Positions 39,733 through 52,467 are shown, counted from the stretch's first letter. The stretch: DNA of 64,000 nucleotides from Verrucomicrobiales bacterium (GCA_016795425.1 JAEUHG010000005.1:29083-93082); one strand, 5' to 3'. Numbers and translations: made by a program. The notes: generated by a model from the sequence alone, not told the origin.

Positions 39733-41118
39733 CTACTTTTTCGGTTCCTGGGAGGAAGGGTTGGCACTCAGGCGGGTGCGTTCGCCTTCGAGTTCGCGGA
39801 GGCGGCCGACCGTTTCCCGGGCGAGCAATTTGACGCTCGGAATGGCCTGCCCTCGGCCGGTGGGTGCGAATCCAGCCTTGGCACGGTTGGCCAGGTACGA
39901 CTCGATGGTATCGGAATACTGGTAGACCAGCGGAACGATGTCGGACGGTGCGTTGACAAGAATGGCGTTGAGCTGCTGGAGGAATCGACGAAGGACCGGC
40001 ACTTGCCGGGCGTAATCCCAGGACGAGACCACCTCTTCGAGGCTGAGGCGGCTGGCGCGATTACCGGCGCCGGGCAGGATGCCGACCGGTTGAAGCGCCT
40101 CGTCTAGTTTGCGCAGGGCGAAATCAGCGGGCCAGGTCTGCTCCGGGTTCCGCCCGGTAAAGTTGGCGACCGCCAAGGCCCACCATTTCTCCACATCCAG
40201 AAGACTGTGGAACAGGGGTTGGAAGGCCTCCAGGAAGCCAGTCTGCCAGTTCCAGTGGCTCTGCATGTTGGCGAACCATCGGGCCAGGCGGGCATTGCCG
40301 TCGGGCAACCGCTGCAATTCGCGAAGGCACAGGTGGGAACACGCCGCAAAATGATCCCAGTCGGTGGCCGACATCCGGCTGAGATCGGGCTGGCTGAGTT
40401 CGTGGAAGGCGAGCGGCGCTTGGCGGGCGAGGCGGGACCGGACAGCGGCGAATCGTTCACCCACCCGCAGGCTGGCAACAATACGGGTCTGCGGTTGCAG
40501 GATGATACCATCCGGGGAAGAGGAGAGAACCGACTGCGTCAGTGCTTCAACGAACCAAAGCGGGGGTTCTCCGGCGCGTTGGTTTCCCTTGCGGCTGGCG
40601 AGTTCCAGAGCCAAGGCGTGGCAGAGGGCTCGGACGAGTCGGACCTCCGTGACGCGCACCGGCACTTGGACGCGCAGATGCCAGCCGTCCTCAAATGGCT
40701 TGGCCTCCACTGACAGGTCGGCGTCGATTTTGAGTCCGGCATCGATGGCAACGAAGATCTTGCCGGTCCGACCCCCGCGGGCGCGCCATTGGTCCTGAAG
40801 GTCCAGGGCGCGCAGGACTTCCGACTTCACTCGTTCGCAGGAGACGGCGAGGGTTTGGGGGGTCAACTCCCGGAGATCATCACCACTGCTGGCGGGCCGG
40901 TTTTCCACCGGACGTCGGCGCTCGGGGCGCGGTCCGGTGACGACGAATTGTCCGGACTGACTGACTGCCGTGACGATGGAGGGCAGATCATCGCCGGCAG
41001 GGGCTGTGGCAGGAGAACGGCTGGAAGATCCCGTCTGCCCGAAGGCGGCGCCGGCGGCGATCAGTGCCAGCCAGATACCCAGTTTCCAGCCGGGACCGCT
41101 GGGGAGGGAAACCGCCAC
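39733..41118 (-). CDS. Hypothetical secreted protein
   Basis: Signal peptide, SGQFVV, PPLWFVEAL; 1 bp after the FmdB-like gene. Confidence 0.75.
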   Translation of the reverse strand: MAVSLPSGPGWKLGIWLALIAAGAAFGQTGSSSRSPATAPAGDDLPSIVTAVSQSGQFVVTGPRPERRRPVENRPASSGDDLRELTPQTLAVSCERVKSEVLRALDLQDQWRARGGRTGKIFVAIDAGLKIDADLSVEAKPFEDGWHLRVQVPVRVTEVRLVRALCHALALELASRKGNQRAGEPPLWFVEALTQSVLSSSPDGIILQPQTRIVASLRVGERFAAVRSRLARQAPLAFHELSQPDLSRMSATDWDHFAACSHLCLRELQRLPDGNARLARWFANMQSHWNWQTGFLEAFQPLFHSLLDVEKWWALAVANFTGRNPEQTWPADFALRKLDEALQPVGILPGAGNRASRLSLEEVVSSWDYARQVPVLRRFLQQLNAILVNAPSDIVPLVYQYSDTIESYLANRAKAGFAPTGRGQAIPSVKLLARETVGRLRELEGERTRLSANPSSQEPKK

Positions 41119-41119
41119 G

Positions 41120-41482
41120 TCAGGTGGCCGACGGTTTGGGTTTGGATTCGGACTTGGGGGTGGAAGACGTACTCGAAGAGCCGGACGAACTCGATGGACT
41201 CGAGCTGGAGGTATCCGGCTTTTTGGCGGACGAGGATCCGCCTTCGGAATCTTTCTTGGCGGCGGCCTTGTAACTGTCCGAACGATAATCCGTGATGTAG
41301 AAGCCGGAGCCTTTAAAGATCAACCCGGCACCCACGCCCAATTGGCGCTGCACTTTGCCCTTGCCCCAGCGTTTTTGGGAGCACTTGTCCTTGGGACAGA
41401 CTTCGAGGGCGTTGTCCTTCATGGACTGGAACACCTCGAACTGGTGTCCGCACTTGGCGCACTCGTATTGGTAGGTCGGCAT
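41120..41482 (-). CDS. FmdB-family zinc-ribbon protein
   Basis: MPTYQYECAKCGHQFE, FKGSGFYITDY, Ser/Lys-rich tail. Confidence 0.93.
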   Translation of the reverse strand: MPTYQYECAKCGHQFEVFQSMKDNALEVCPKDKCSQKRWGKGKVQRQLGVGAGLIFKGSGFYITDYRSDSYKAAAKKDSEGGSSSAKKPDTSSSSPSSSSGSSSTSSTPKSESKPKPSAT

Positions 41483-41592
41483 GTGGGAAAGATTACCTAG
41501 ACAATCCTTCCGACCGTCAAGACGGTGGATTGGGAAGTGGCGGAAAGGCGAACGCGAGTGGGGAGTGGATCAAGAAGGCCCGGGGCGTTCGA

Positions 41593-41997
41593 TCACATGG
41601 GGCGGCGGCCGCGTTTCACCTTGAGCTGCGCGAGTGAATTGAGGAGGGCGGCGTTGACGGTCGCCAACTCCTCATCGGAGATCTTCTCCTTGAGGCGGGC
41701 CTCAGCGCGATTTCGGGCTTCTTCGGCTTTTGCTTCGTCGATGTCCTCAGCCTTGATCGCCATGTCGGTCATGATCGCGACGCGATCACCGGTGACTTGG
41801 ACAAAACCCTCGCCGATGGCGAGGTGAAAGTCCTGTCCGCCTTTGAGGGCCACCACTTCGCCGGCAGCCACCTGGGTGAGAAGGGGGACGTGCATCGGGT
41901 AGATACCCATTTCTCCTTCGACGCCCGGAAGGGTGACCATGTCGACGTCTTCGGAGTAGATCTTGGCCTCCGGCGTGACGATTTCGAGTTTCAGCAT
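41593..41997 (-). CDS. atpC: ATP synthase F1 epsilon
   Basis: LEIVTPE, GEMGIYPMHVPL, GFVQV, helical C-terminus. Confidence 0.95.
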   Translation of the reverse strand: MLKLEIVTPEAKIYSEDVDMVTLPGVEGEMGIYPMHVPLLTQVAAGEVVALKGGQDFHLAIGEGFVQVTGDRVAIMTDMAIKAEDIDEAKAEEARNRAEARLKEKISDEELATVNAALLNSLAQLKVKRGRRPM

Positions 41998-42066
41998 GGC
42001 GAACGGGGGAATGGATCGGTGTCGGTCGCGGCCGGCTGGGGCCGACCGCGATCACGCAGAGGGACC

Positions 42067-43575
<1,509 letters not shown>

Positions 43576-44454
43576 TCAGCCGAGGGCCATGGCGGCGCTG
43601 GTGATCTCGAGCAATTCCTTGGTGATGCTGGCCTGGCGCATTTTGTTGTATTCGAGAGTGAGATCCTTGATGAGCTGCTTCGCGTTGTCGGTCGCGTTCT
43701 TCATGGCGACCATGCGGGCGCTGTGTTCGCTGGCCTTGGCTTCCATGAGGTACTGGTACATCTGGAAGTTGAGGTAATGCGGCAACAAGGCGGCGAAGAC
43801 CTCGGTCGGGGCGGGTTCAAACAGATATTCGAACGACGGGCCCTTGAGTTCGGAGTGCGACGATTCACCGGCAACATCGCTGTCGAGCGCCTTGGTTTCG
43901 CCCAACGGCAGAAACGTTCGCATCTCAGGCTTCTGCGTCATCACGTTGATGAAGTTCGTGAAGAGCACATCCACATGATCGACCTCGCCCTTGAGGAACA
44001 TGTCCTGGACGAATCTCGAGATGGCGCGCGCCTCGCTGAACATCGGCGTGTCCCGATAGGTGAATTCGGCGGCGAGTTTGCGCCGGGTGCGAGTGACGAA
44101 CTGCGCCGCCTTGCGGCCGGCGGTGACATAGATCGTCGTGGCGGCGTCGCAACGTCCGGCCTCGCGGAGCAAATTGGAGTTGAGCGAGCCGCAAAGTCCC
44201 TTGTCGGTGCTGATGACGACCAGGGCGCGCTTGGTCACCTCCCGCTTTTCCATGAGCGGGTGCGTGAAGTCGCCGGCGTGCTGACAGACTGAGGCGAGGA
44301 CCTCGTTCATCAGGACGCTGTAGGGTCGGCCGGAAAGGGCGGACTGTTGCGCCTTGCGCATTTTCGCCGAGGCCACCATTTGCATGGCCTTGGTGATTTG
44401 CGCCGTGTTCTTGACGGATTTGATCCGCCGGCGGATGTCGCGTGTGCTGGGCAT
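43576..44454 (-). CDS. atpG: ATP synthase F1 gamma
   Basis: ITKAMQMV, DKGLCG, SEHSARMVAM, RQASITKE. Confidence 0.98.
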   Translation of the reverse strand: MPSTRDIRRRIKSVKNTAQITKAMQMVASAKMRKAQQSALSGRPYSVLMNEVLASVCQHAGDFTHPLMEKREVTKRALVVISTDKGLCGSLNSNLLREAGRCDAATTIYVTAGRKAAQFVTRTRRKLAAEFTYRDTPMFSEARAISRFVQDMFLKGEVDHVDVLFTNFINVMTQKPEMRTFLPLGETKALDSDVAGESSHSELKGPSFEYLFEPAPTEVFAALLPHYLNFQMYQYLMEAKASEHSARMVAMKNATDNAKQLIKDLTLEYNKMRQASITKELLEITSAAMALG

Positions 44455-44466
44455 GCGACGAGGGGC

Positions 44467-45999
<1,533 letters not shown>

Positions 46000-46062
46000 G
46001 TCGGATTAAGGAGAGTGGCTGGGAAAGGGAGGAACGTGGGATTGGGCAACGGGACGCGAAAC

Positions 46063-46455
46063 TCAAAAAGCGGATTTCAAATCTTCAAGGCGGGCGTGAA
46101 TGCTGCCGTCGTAGACATCGCTGCCGACGCGAATCTTAAGGCCGCCGATGAGGTTTGGATTGACCCAGTAAGTGATATCCAGACCGGGGCCATAGCGTTT
46201 TTCCAACGCGACGCGAATGTCTTCCATCAACTGCGGCGACGACTCGACGGCGTTCTCGACCCGGACCCGGCGGCTGTCGAGGTGAAGTTGGACCAGCCGC
46301 TGGAAGTGGGTGAGAGCGCGGAGGTAACCCCGGGGTTTGGTGGCGATGACCTGCTTGACGATCTCTCTCGCCCGCGCCTCGTCGAGGCGCCCGTTGACCA
46401 GGCACTTGCGGAGGAGCGCTTTGCCGTCGCGGCGAGCTTGCTTGTTGATCTTCAT
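46063..46455 (-). CDS. atpH: ATP synthase delta (short, 130 aa)
   Basis: C-terminal VNPNLIGGLKIRVGSDVYDGS; position between atpF and atpA. Confidence 0.92.
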   Translation of the reverse strand: MKINKQARRDGKALLRKCLVNGRLDEARAREIVKQVIATKPRGYLRALTHFQRLVQLHLDSRRVRVENAVESSPQLMEDIRVALEKRYGPGLDITYWVNPNLIGGLKIRVGSDVYDGSIHARLEDLKSAF

Positions 46456-46489
46456 GGTCGAAGGAAACCCTCGTGGAGCCCGGGGCGCC

Positions 46490-47041
46490 TCAGGCGACGA
46501 GTTGCTTGTTGGTGTCCTCGGCCAGGCGTCGTTGGTCGTCGACGGTCAGGATCTTGCCACTGACACGGGCGGCGAGGTCGACGGCGAGGCGGCCCATTTC
46601 CTTGCGCAGGTCCTGCTTCATCTTTTCGTAATCGGCCTGGGCGGCTTCGCGGGCTTTGGCGATGATCTGCTCGGCCTGGGCGACGGCGCGCTGGCTTTCC
46701 TGTTCCTGGACCTTGGCGGCGGCGGCGCGGGCTTCTTCGATCAGTTTGTTGGCGTCGACGTTGGCCTTCTGGAGCATTTCGCGACGGGCGGCTTCCGCCT
46801 CAGCCAATTGGACCTTGATCTTCTCGGCGTTGGCGAGGCTTTCGGCGATCTGCTGCCGGCGTTCCTCGAGCACCTTAAGGATGGGCTTGTAGGCGAACCG
46901 GTGCAGCAGGAAGGCGACGATGCAGAAACTGATCACCTGCGAGATGAACAGCTGCCAATTGACGCCGAACTGGGCCGCGGTATTGCCGATCAGGCTGCCA
47001 CCTTCGGCAGCGGCCGCTGCAAACAGAGCGTTCACTTCCAT
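46490..47041 (-). CDS. atpF: ATP synthase F0 subunit b
   Basis: FGVNWQLFISQVISF TM helix, AYKPILKVLEERR, coiled coil. Confidence 0.95.
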   Translation of the reverse strand: MEVNALFAAAAAEGGSLIGNTAAQFGVNWQLFISQVISFCIVAFLLHRFAYKPILKVLEERRQQIAESLANAEKIKVQLAEAEAARREMLQKANVDANKLIEEARAAAAKVQEQESQRAVAQAEQIIAKAREAAQADYEKMKQDLRKEMGRLAVDLAARVSGKILTVDDQRRLAEDTNKQLVA

Positions 47042-47071
47042 GACCTTTTGGACTCGGGGAGAAATGGGGGC

Positions 47072-47093
47072 GCGGAATCCGTGAGGATTCCGC
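47072..47093. other. Perfect 9-bp hairpin between atpE and atpF
   Basis: GCGGAATCC-GTGA-GGATTCCGC. Confidence 0.6.
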
Positions 47094-47109
47094 ACCAAGT
47101 TTGACTCGA

Positions 47110-47322
47110 TTACTTCGCGAGGAAGATCGCGAAGAACACAATGCCTTCGGCGAAGGCCGTGCTCAGGATCGCCTGCACGAGGATTTTCGTGGCAGCGCCG
47201 GGGTTGCGGCCGACCGCTTCCGACGCCTTCATGCCGATGATTCCGACGCCGATGGCCGCACCCAAGCAGGCCGCCGCGACGTGAAAATTACCGGTCAATT
47301 CCGCCATCAAGGGCATCAACAT
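47110..47322 (-). CDS. atpE: ATP synthase F0 subunit c
   Basis: GAAIGVG, VGRNP loop, carboxylate in FAEG; Shine-Dalgarno AAGGA upstream of ATG 47322. Confidence 0.96.
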   Translation of the reverse strand: MLMPLMAELTGNFHVAAACLGAAIGVGIIGMKASEAVGRNPGAATKILVQAILSTAFAEGIVFFAIFLAK

Positions 47323-47416
47323 AGTTATTGTTCCTTTCTTGTTCCAGCAACGGCCCCCGCAGTCTTGCCACGGTCCGGCCGCCGCAATCTTTTCGTGGCT
47401 GGTCGGGTCAATCCGT

Positions 47417-48334
47417 TCAGTGCTTCGCGGCTCCTGCGCCGTGAGCGTGGCCATGATCCTCATCGTGCTGACAGATCAGCAGCGTGAACACTGCGGTGAG
47501 GAGCATAAACACCAGCGCCTGGACCAGACCGACCAGCAACTCCATGAAGTAAAAGGGAATGGGGAGCAGCCACCCGAGGGAGGCACCCCCAAGCACCGCC
47601 ATCGTCTCCAGCATGTTCTCGCCGGCGAAGATGTTGCCGTAGAGACGGAAGCTAAGAGAGACCGGGCGGAACAGGATGGACACCACTTCCAGCACACCGA
47701 CCAGGACGAACACGGCGATCATCAGCACCTTGAGCAGGCCGGTGGTGTCGCCCTTGGGCCCGAAGATGTGGAGCAGGAATCCGCCGGGTCCGTTGGCTTT
47801 CAGAGCCCAGACCGTCCAGCAGAAGAAGAAGACCATCGACATGGCCAGCGTCATGTTCAGGTCGGCATTCGTCCCGCGGAAGATGGGGTCACTGATGTGA
47901 TGCAGGGCGCCCTGGGCGTCCGGATGACCCCAACCGATGGAACCCACGCCGGGTATCAAGCCGAACCAATTGGAGGCCAGAATGAAGATGAAGACCGTGG
48001 CAAAGAACCAAAACGTCTTCTTCACCAAGTCCGCTCCAATAATGCCTTCGAGAAAGCCGTGCAACGACTCGACCAGCCACTCCCAGAAATTCTGAGCTCC
48101 TTCAGGGATGGCCTTGAGATTGCGGGTGGCGGCTTGGGCAAAGACGATGAGGAGCACGGCCACGATCCAGGTCAGGATCATGGAGTTGGTGATGGAGAAA
48201 GGGCCGATCTCGACGACCCGCGGGGCGGCGGACGGCAAGCCGCTATGCTCCTCGCCGTGGCCTTCCGCCGCGCTGGCCAATAGCGGCAGACCGAAGAGAA
48301 CAGTGGACAGAATGACCCGTCGCAACGCGCGCAT
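47417..48334 (-). CDS. atpB: ATP synthase F0 subunit a
   Basis: NWFGLIPG, RPVSLSFRLYGNIFAGE, ELLVGLVQALVF. Confidence 0.97.
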   Translation of the reverse strand: MRALRRVILSTVLFGLPLLASAAEGHGEEHSGLPSAAPRVVEIGPFSITNSMILTWIVAVLLIVFAQAATRNLKAIPEGAQNFWEWLVESLHGFLEGIIGADLVKKTFWFFATVFIFILASNWFGLIPGVGSIGWGHPDAQGALHHISDPIFRGTNADLNMTLAMSMVFFFCWTVWALKANGPGGFLLHIFGPKGDTTGLLKVLMIAVFVLVGVLEVVSILFRPVSLSFRLYGNIFAGENMLETMAVLGGASLGWLLPIPFYFMELLVGLVQALVFMLLTAVFTLLICQHDEDHGHAHGAGAAKH

Positions 48335-48418
48335 GGATTGGATGTTTCCCGCCGCGCCTCAAGCAATGGAGCGACACAGCGTCCTGCCCTGCGCAAACGG
48401 GGCGCGCACGTTGCCGCG

Positions 48419-48436
48419 TTGTGAAAAGTTTCACAA
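48419..48436. promoter_or_regulatory. Rex-type operator upstream of the atp operon
   Basis: TTGTGAA-AAGT-TTCACAA, an exact match to the Rex consensus TTGTGAA-N4-TTCACAA, about 85 bp upstream of atpB. Confidence 0.75.
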
Positions 48437-48758
48437 GCGATTTTTTCCATTCCACCACCACCAGCGCACATCGCGGAGTCTTTGGCATCCTCCACGGTCC
48501 AAACCGGGCTCGGCCTCGCGCTCGGAGTCGGTGTCGGCGGGTGGCTCACCCTCCCATCCGATTCCGACCCCGATCCCGACTGGGGAAAGCGTGTCAGCGC
48601 GCGGAGTCGAGTCCGTTGAGATTGCCGGGATTCGGGCTGCCGGCACGGATTTGTTACGGATGGCGTCTTGCGCTGAGCGGGCGAGTTGCGGACGATGCCG
48701 CGCCTGTTCGCGCCCGAGCGGCCCAGCGGTGGGTTGGCGCGAATTTCCGGCGAATTGC

Positions 48759-50045
48759 GTGGCATCATCCAACCACTCCCCAGCGCAGCGTGAGGATTCG
48801 GCGTCGTCGGCAGGCTGGCGCAGCGCCGTTTATCTGGCGGTCTTGGTGATCGGATACATCGGGGTCTACATTTGTCGAAAGAACTTCTCGGTCGCCATTC
48901 CGTTGCTGCGCGAGGCGTTCGGCGCGACGAAGGAGCAATTGGGCGAGATCGCCAGCCTGAGCACGCTGGCCTACATGGCTGGGAAATTCGGATTTGGTGT
49001 GGTGATCGACCGGTTTGGCGGCCGGGTGTGTTTTCTGGCCAGTCTGCTGTTGGTAGCCATCTTTGGCGGTGCCGGGGGCTTGGCGCCATCGCTGGGCATG
49101 CTCGCGGTGTTTTATAGCGCCAACCGTCTGGCGGGATCGGCGGGGTGGGGCGCGATGGTGAAGTTGGTTCCCGATTGGTTTCCCGCCCGGTGGCATGCCT
49201 TTGCGATGGCGGTCTTATCGCTCGGATTCGTCTTCGGAGGACTCTGTGCCACGCTCTTGGCGGGATGGATCGCCGGGGTATCCGGCAACGACTGGCGTTG
49301 GGTGATGGGAGGCCCGGCGCTGGTGTTGGTGGGGATCCTCATCCTCTGCTGGGCGGTGCTGCCACGGGTGGGTGGCGGGAGCGAACCGGGAGGGACCGCG
49401 GCCACTTCGGCGTCCGGCGGTTTTCAGATGGGTCAGGTGAAGGAGTTGTTCCGGGTGCGCCGTTTCTGGGTCGTGTGCGCGCTGAGTTTCACCCTCACCT
49501 TGCTGCGCGAGACCTTCAACACGTGGACCGTGGATTTCTTCAAGACCGAGGGCGGACCGGAGGTTTCGCACCGGATCGCGGCATTCTTGTCGACGCCTTT
49601 TGATGCCTGCGGCGCCGTGGGAATCCTGCTGTTGGGCTGGGTGTTTGGGCGGGTGAGTCCGGATACCCGGCGCAACCTGCTGATGGTGATCCTGGGAGCG
49701 CTCGGTCTGGTAATACTTGGGCTGCCGACGCTGGCGCGGCAGGGATTGGTGGCGGCGACGGTGGCGGTCGGGTTGGTCGGGTTTTTGACCTATGGCCCCT
49801 ACAGCCTGTTGGCAGGCGTGCTGTCTTTAGAGATTCGAGGGCGCGGGTACGTGGCGACCGTGGCGGGGTTGGTCGATGGCGCCGGCTACCTGGCGGCGAT
49901 TATGGCCGGGGCCCAGTTCGGCAAGCTGCTCGACATAGGCGGGTACGCGCTTGCGTTCCCTTGTCTGGCGACCCTGGCTCTGGTGTCGGCGGCGCTTTGC
50001 CTGCTGCTCTATCCGCGCGGCGGGGTCACGCCATCATCAACCTGA
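48759..50045 (+). CDS. MFS transporter (organophosphate:Pi antiporter GlpT/UhpC-like)
   Basis: YICRKNFSVA, AYMAGKF, IDRFGGR, WFP, about 12 TM helices. Start approximate (GTG). Confidence 0.85.
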   Translation: MASSNHSPAQREDSASSAGWRSAVYLAVLVIGYIGVYICRKNFSVAIPLLREAFGATKEQLGEIASLSTLAYMAGKFGFGVVIDRFGGRVCFLASLLLVAIFGGAGGLAPSLGMLAVFYSANRLAGSAGWGAMVKLVPDWFPARWHAFAMAVLSLGFVFGGLCATLLAGWIAGVSGNDWRWVMGGPALVLVGILILCWAVLPRVGGGSEPGGTAATSASGGFQMGQVKELFRVRRFWVVCALSFTLTLLRETFNTWTVDFFKTEGGPEVSHRIAAFLSTPFDACGAVGILLLGWVFGRVSPDTRRNLLMVILGALGLVILGLPTLARQGLVAATVAVGLVGFLTYGPYSLLAGVLSLEIRGRGYVATVAGLVDGAGYLAAIMAGAQFGKLLDIGGYALAFPCLATLALVSAALCLLLYPRGGVTPSST

Positions 50046-50319
50046 CGAGCAGGGCGGCGATGGTGACAAGCGTCATGACCCCGGCGGGCATCAATTTGCG
50101 GGTCTTCTGGAACCGCTTGGCAAACACGATCACCAGGGCGATCAGGAGGACGTCTCCCGCATAGGCCCAGCCCAGCCAGCCCATGGCAGCGGCGGCGAGA
50201 AGGGCCGCGAAGACGAGGGACATCACGAGGGAGATGGTGCTCTTGGCCTTGACGTATCCCATGATGCCGCCGACCAGAAGCAGCACGATGTAGATCCAGA
50301 GAATGGCGACCGGTTTCAT
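50026..50319 (-). CDS. TMEM14-family small membrane protein
   Basis: YIVLLLVGGIMGYVKAKSTISL, RFQKTRKLMPAG. Confidence 0.88.
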   Translation of the reverse strand: MKPVAILWIYIVLLLVGGIMGYVKAKSTISLVMSLVFAALLAAAAMGWLGWAYAGDVLLIALVIVFAKRFQKTRKLMPAGVMTLVTIAALLVRLMMA

Positions 50320-50343
50320 CGGCTTGGTGCCTCGAAGGCTGGG

Positions 50344-50523
50344 TCAGCCGGGCTGCGCGTCCAAGCTTAGAATCTCACCATCGGCGCTTTCGGCCCGGAT
50401 TTCGATGGGACGGCAACACACTTCGCAGTCGGTGATGAATCGCTGAAAGGGGATGTTGGTGTCGACCACGACCGTGCCGGTCTGGCCACACCAAGGGCAT
50501 TGGAATTCAGCGGAGTCACCCAT
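50344..50523 (-). CDS. CPXCG-motif cysteine-rich small protein (59 aa)
   Basis: Manual translation: MGDSAEFQCPWCGQTGTVVVDTNIPFQRFITDCEVCCRPIEIRAESADGEILSLDAQPG. Below the ORF-track size cutoff. Confidence 0.9.
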   Translation of the reverse strand: MGDSAEFQCPWCGQTGTVVVDTNIPFQRFITDCEVCCRPIEIRAESADGEILSLDAQPG

Positions 50524-50550
50524 GAGAAAGCGGTCGCTCCGTCCCTGCCG

Positions 50551-52467
50551 TCAGGGAGATTTCAGGGCCGCAGCGACCTGGCTCGCGGCGAGGCGAAGGG
50601 ATTCCAAATCGCCGGCGCCGGGCCCGCGCGCGTATCGGGCCTGGTTGCAGGCTTGGAAGAGTTGGTGCAACGGCTCGAGGCAGTCCTGGGGCAAGCCGTC
50701 GAGGGCGGCCGGGGTTTCGAGAATGCCTTCGGTGATGGAGGCGGGTTCCAGTCCAAGCCGCGCACCGATCATCTCCTGCAGGACGCGAAAGAGCGTCGAG
50801 TAGAAGGCATCTGCCTGACCGTCGCGACCCAGTTTGGCGAGGGCGGCGAGCCCTTCGTCCGCCTGGCGTTCCAATTGGCGGCGCCGCACGGCTCGTTGGT
50901 CGGACAGGAGGCGATCCTTCCAGCGTCGCCAGGCGTTGAGCCCCGCCCAGGTAGCCCACGGAAAGAGGCTGAGCGCCAGGAACCACGGTTGTCGGATCCA
51001 GGGTTGGTCGGGATTGAGAACGGCGCCGAGGTGAGGTTTCAACGCGGCCAATTCCGGGGCCGGTCCATTGGTGGGTCGCGGCTGATTCGCCGCCACGGGA
51101 AGCACTGCCGCCGCGGCGCCGGTTCCCACCTTCAGAGGGATGGCGGGTGAGCGCGCCGTGCGGTAGCTTTTCGCGGTCGGGGAAAAGTAGCTGAAGGTAA
51201 GCGCGGGCAACTCCCGAATATCTTCCGATTCGGGAGTCACCACCTGTTCGAAGCGTTTGGTGCCGGAAAGCCCCATGGCATCGGCGGGTTCGAAGTTGGC
51301 CGTTGCCGGATACGTGCGAAACGACTTCCAGTCCGCAGGTTCCGGCATTTGAACGCCATCAAAATTACCGCGGCCCCGTATCTCGACGCGCACGGTGATG
51401 GGATCGCCGGCGTTGAGGTTGGTCGGAGTGGCGGCCATCGCGACTTCGAACTCACCGACCGCACCCGAGAAGGACGGTGGGACATTGTCGCGAGGCAGGG
51501 GTTGAACGCGAATCGTCGTGGGTGGGCTGAAAAGGTTGAATCGCTTGTTTTCGCGAAGACCGAAGAAGGCGTCGTCGAACACGTCCGAGAAGCCGGGACG
51601 GCGCGCGACGGGAATATCCAGGATGCAATTCAACGCCTGGAGCGTGAGGTCGCCGCTACGGGCCGCCGTGACCGGTTGCTGAAAGCGGGCGCGAGAATAA
51701 ATGCGATTATTGGTCCGGATGTTACCCTCCTGACCGGCATCCTGAATCTTGCCCAGAACAAATCCGTCGGCCTGGAGCTGCGGCGCTTGCTGGAGGCGGC
51801 CGCCAATGGCGTAGAGGTGGACCTCGGCGACGAAGGTTTCACCCACATAAATGTCGCGCTCGGGCAGTTGCAGGACGAGGAAGGCGGCTTTGTCGAGGCC
51901 ATCGGCGCGGGCGGCGGCTGGATCGTCGGCCCGCAGGACTTTCAGCAGGACGATTCCCGATTCGATGACCCGTCCACCGACGGTGACCCGGACGGGGCCG
52001 ATGGTGTACTCCCCGAGTTTGGTGGCGGTGATGGTGTAGGAGGAGTCCGAGGTAACGGACTGTCGGCCATTGACAAACGCGAAGCTCATCGATGTGCCGG
52101 TGGGGGTGAAGCGTAGTCCAGGCACCTCCGGCACCTGTGGGGAGTCGCGGCCCGAACCGCCTTCTACCGTGACCTTCAACGTCGCGCTGTCACCCAGTCC
52201 GATCATATCGCGATCCAAGGTCAAATTAATCGACGCCGCGTGAGCAAGCCCGGTGAGGCCGAGCCAGACCAGGACGCAGGCGAGGAAGGCAAACGGACGG
52301 GGAAAGAGGGGGTGGGGAAGGGGGAAACGGGGGATGGAGAGGGATTCGGGGCAAGGTGCCAGCACGTCGAGGCGAGGGTGGCCGGTGTGGCTTGGAATTT
52401 CCCACTTCCCGTTCCCGGAGGAGTAGGAGCGGGCATCCCGTTTCATGGCAAAGGGCGATCGGCTCAT
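50551..52467 (-). CDS. batD: BatD-family protein
   Basis: Signal peptide, Ig-like repeats (SFAFVNG, GEYTIGP, FSGAVGEF), C-terminal TM. Start uncertain. Confidence 0.85.
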   Translation of the reverse strand: MSRSPFAMKRDARSYSSGNGKWEIPSHTGHPRLDVLAPCPESLSIPRFPLPHPLFPRPFAFLACVLVWLGLTGLAHAASINLTLDRDMIGLGDSATLKVTVEGGSGRDSPQVPEVPGLRFTPTGTSMSFAFVNGRQSVTSDSSYTITATKLGEYTIGPVRVTVGGRVIESGIVLLKVLRADDPAAARADGLDKAAFLVLQLPERDIYVGETFVAEVHLYAIGGRLQQAPQLQADGFVLGKIQDAGQEGNIRTNNRIYSRARFQQPVTAARSGDLTLQALNCILDIPVARRPGFSDVFDDAFFGLRENKRFNLFSPPTTIRVQPLPRDNVPPSFSGAVGEFEVAMAATPTNLNAGDPITVRVEIRGRGNFDGVQMPEPADWKSFRTYPATANFEPADAMGLSGTKRFEQVVTPESEDIRELPALTFSYFSPTAKSYRTARSPAIPLKVGTGAAAAVLPVAANQPRPTNGPAPELAALKPHLGAVLNPDQPWIRQPWFLALSLFPWATWAGLNAWRRWKDRLLSDQRAVRRRQLERQADEGLAALAKLGRDGQADAFYSTLFRVLQEMIGARLGLEPASITEGILETPAALDGLPQDCLEPLHQLFQACNQARYARGPGAGDLESLRLAASQVAAALKSP

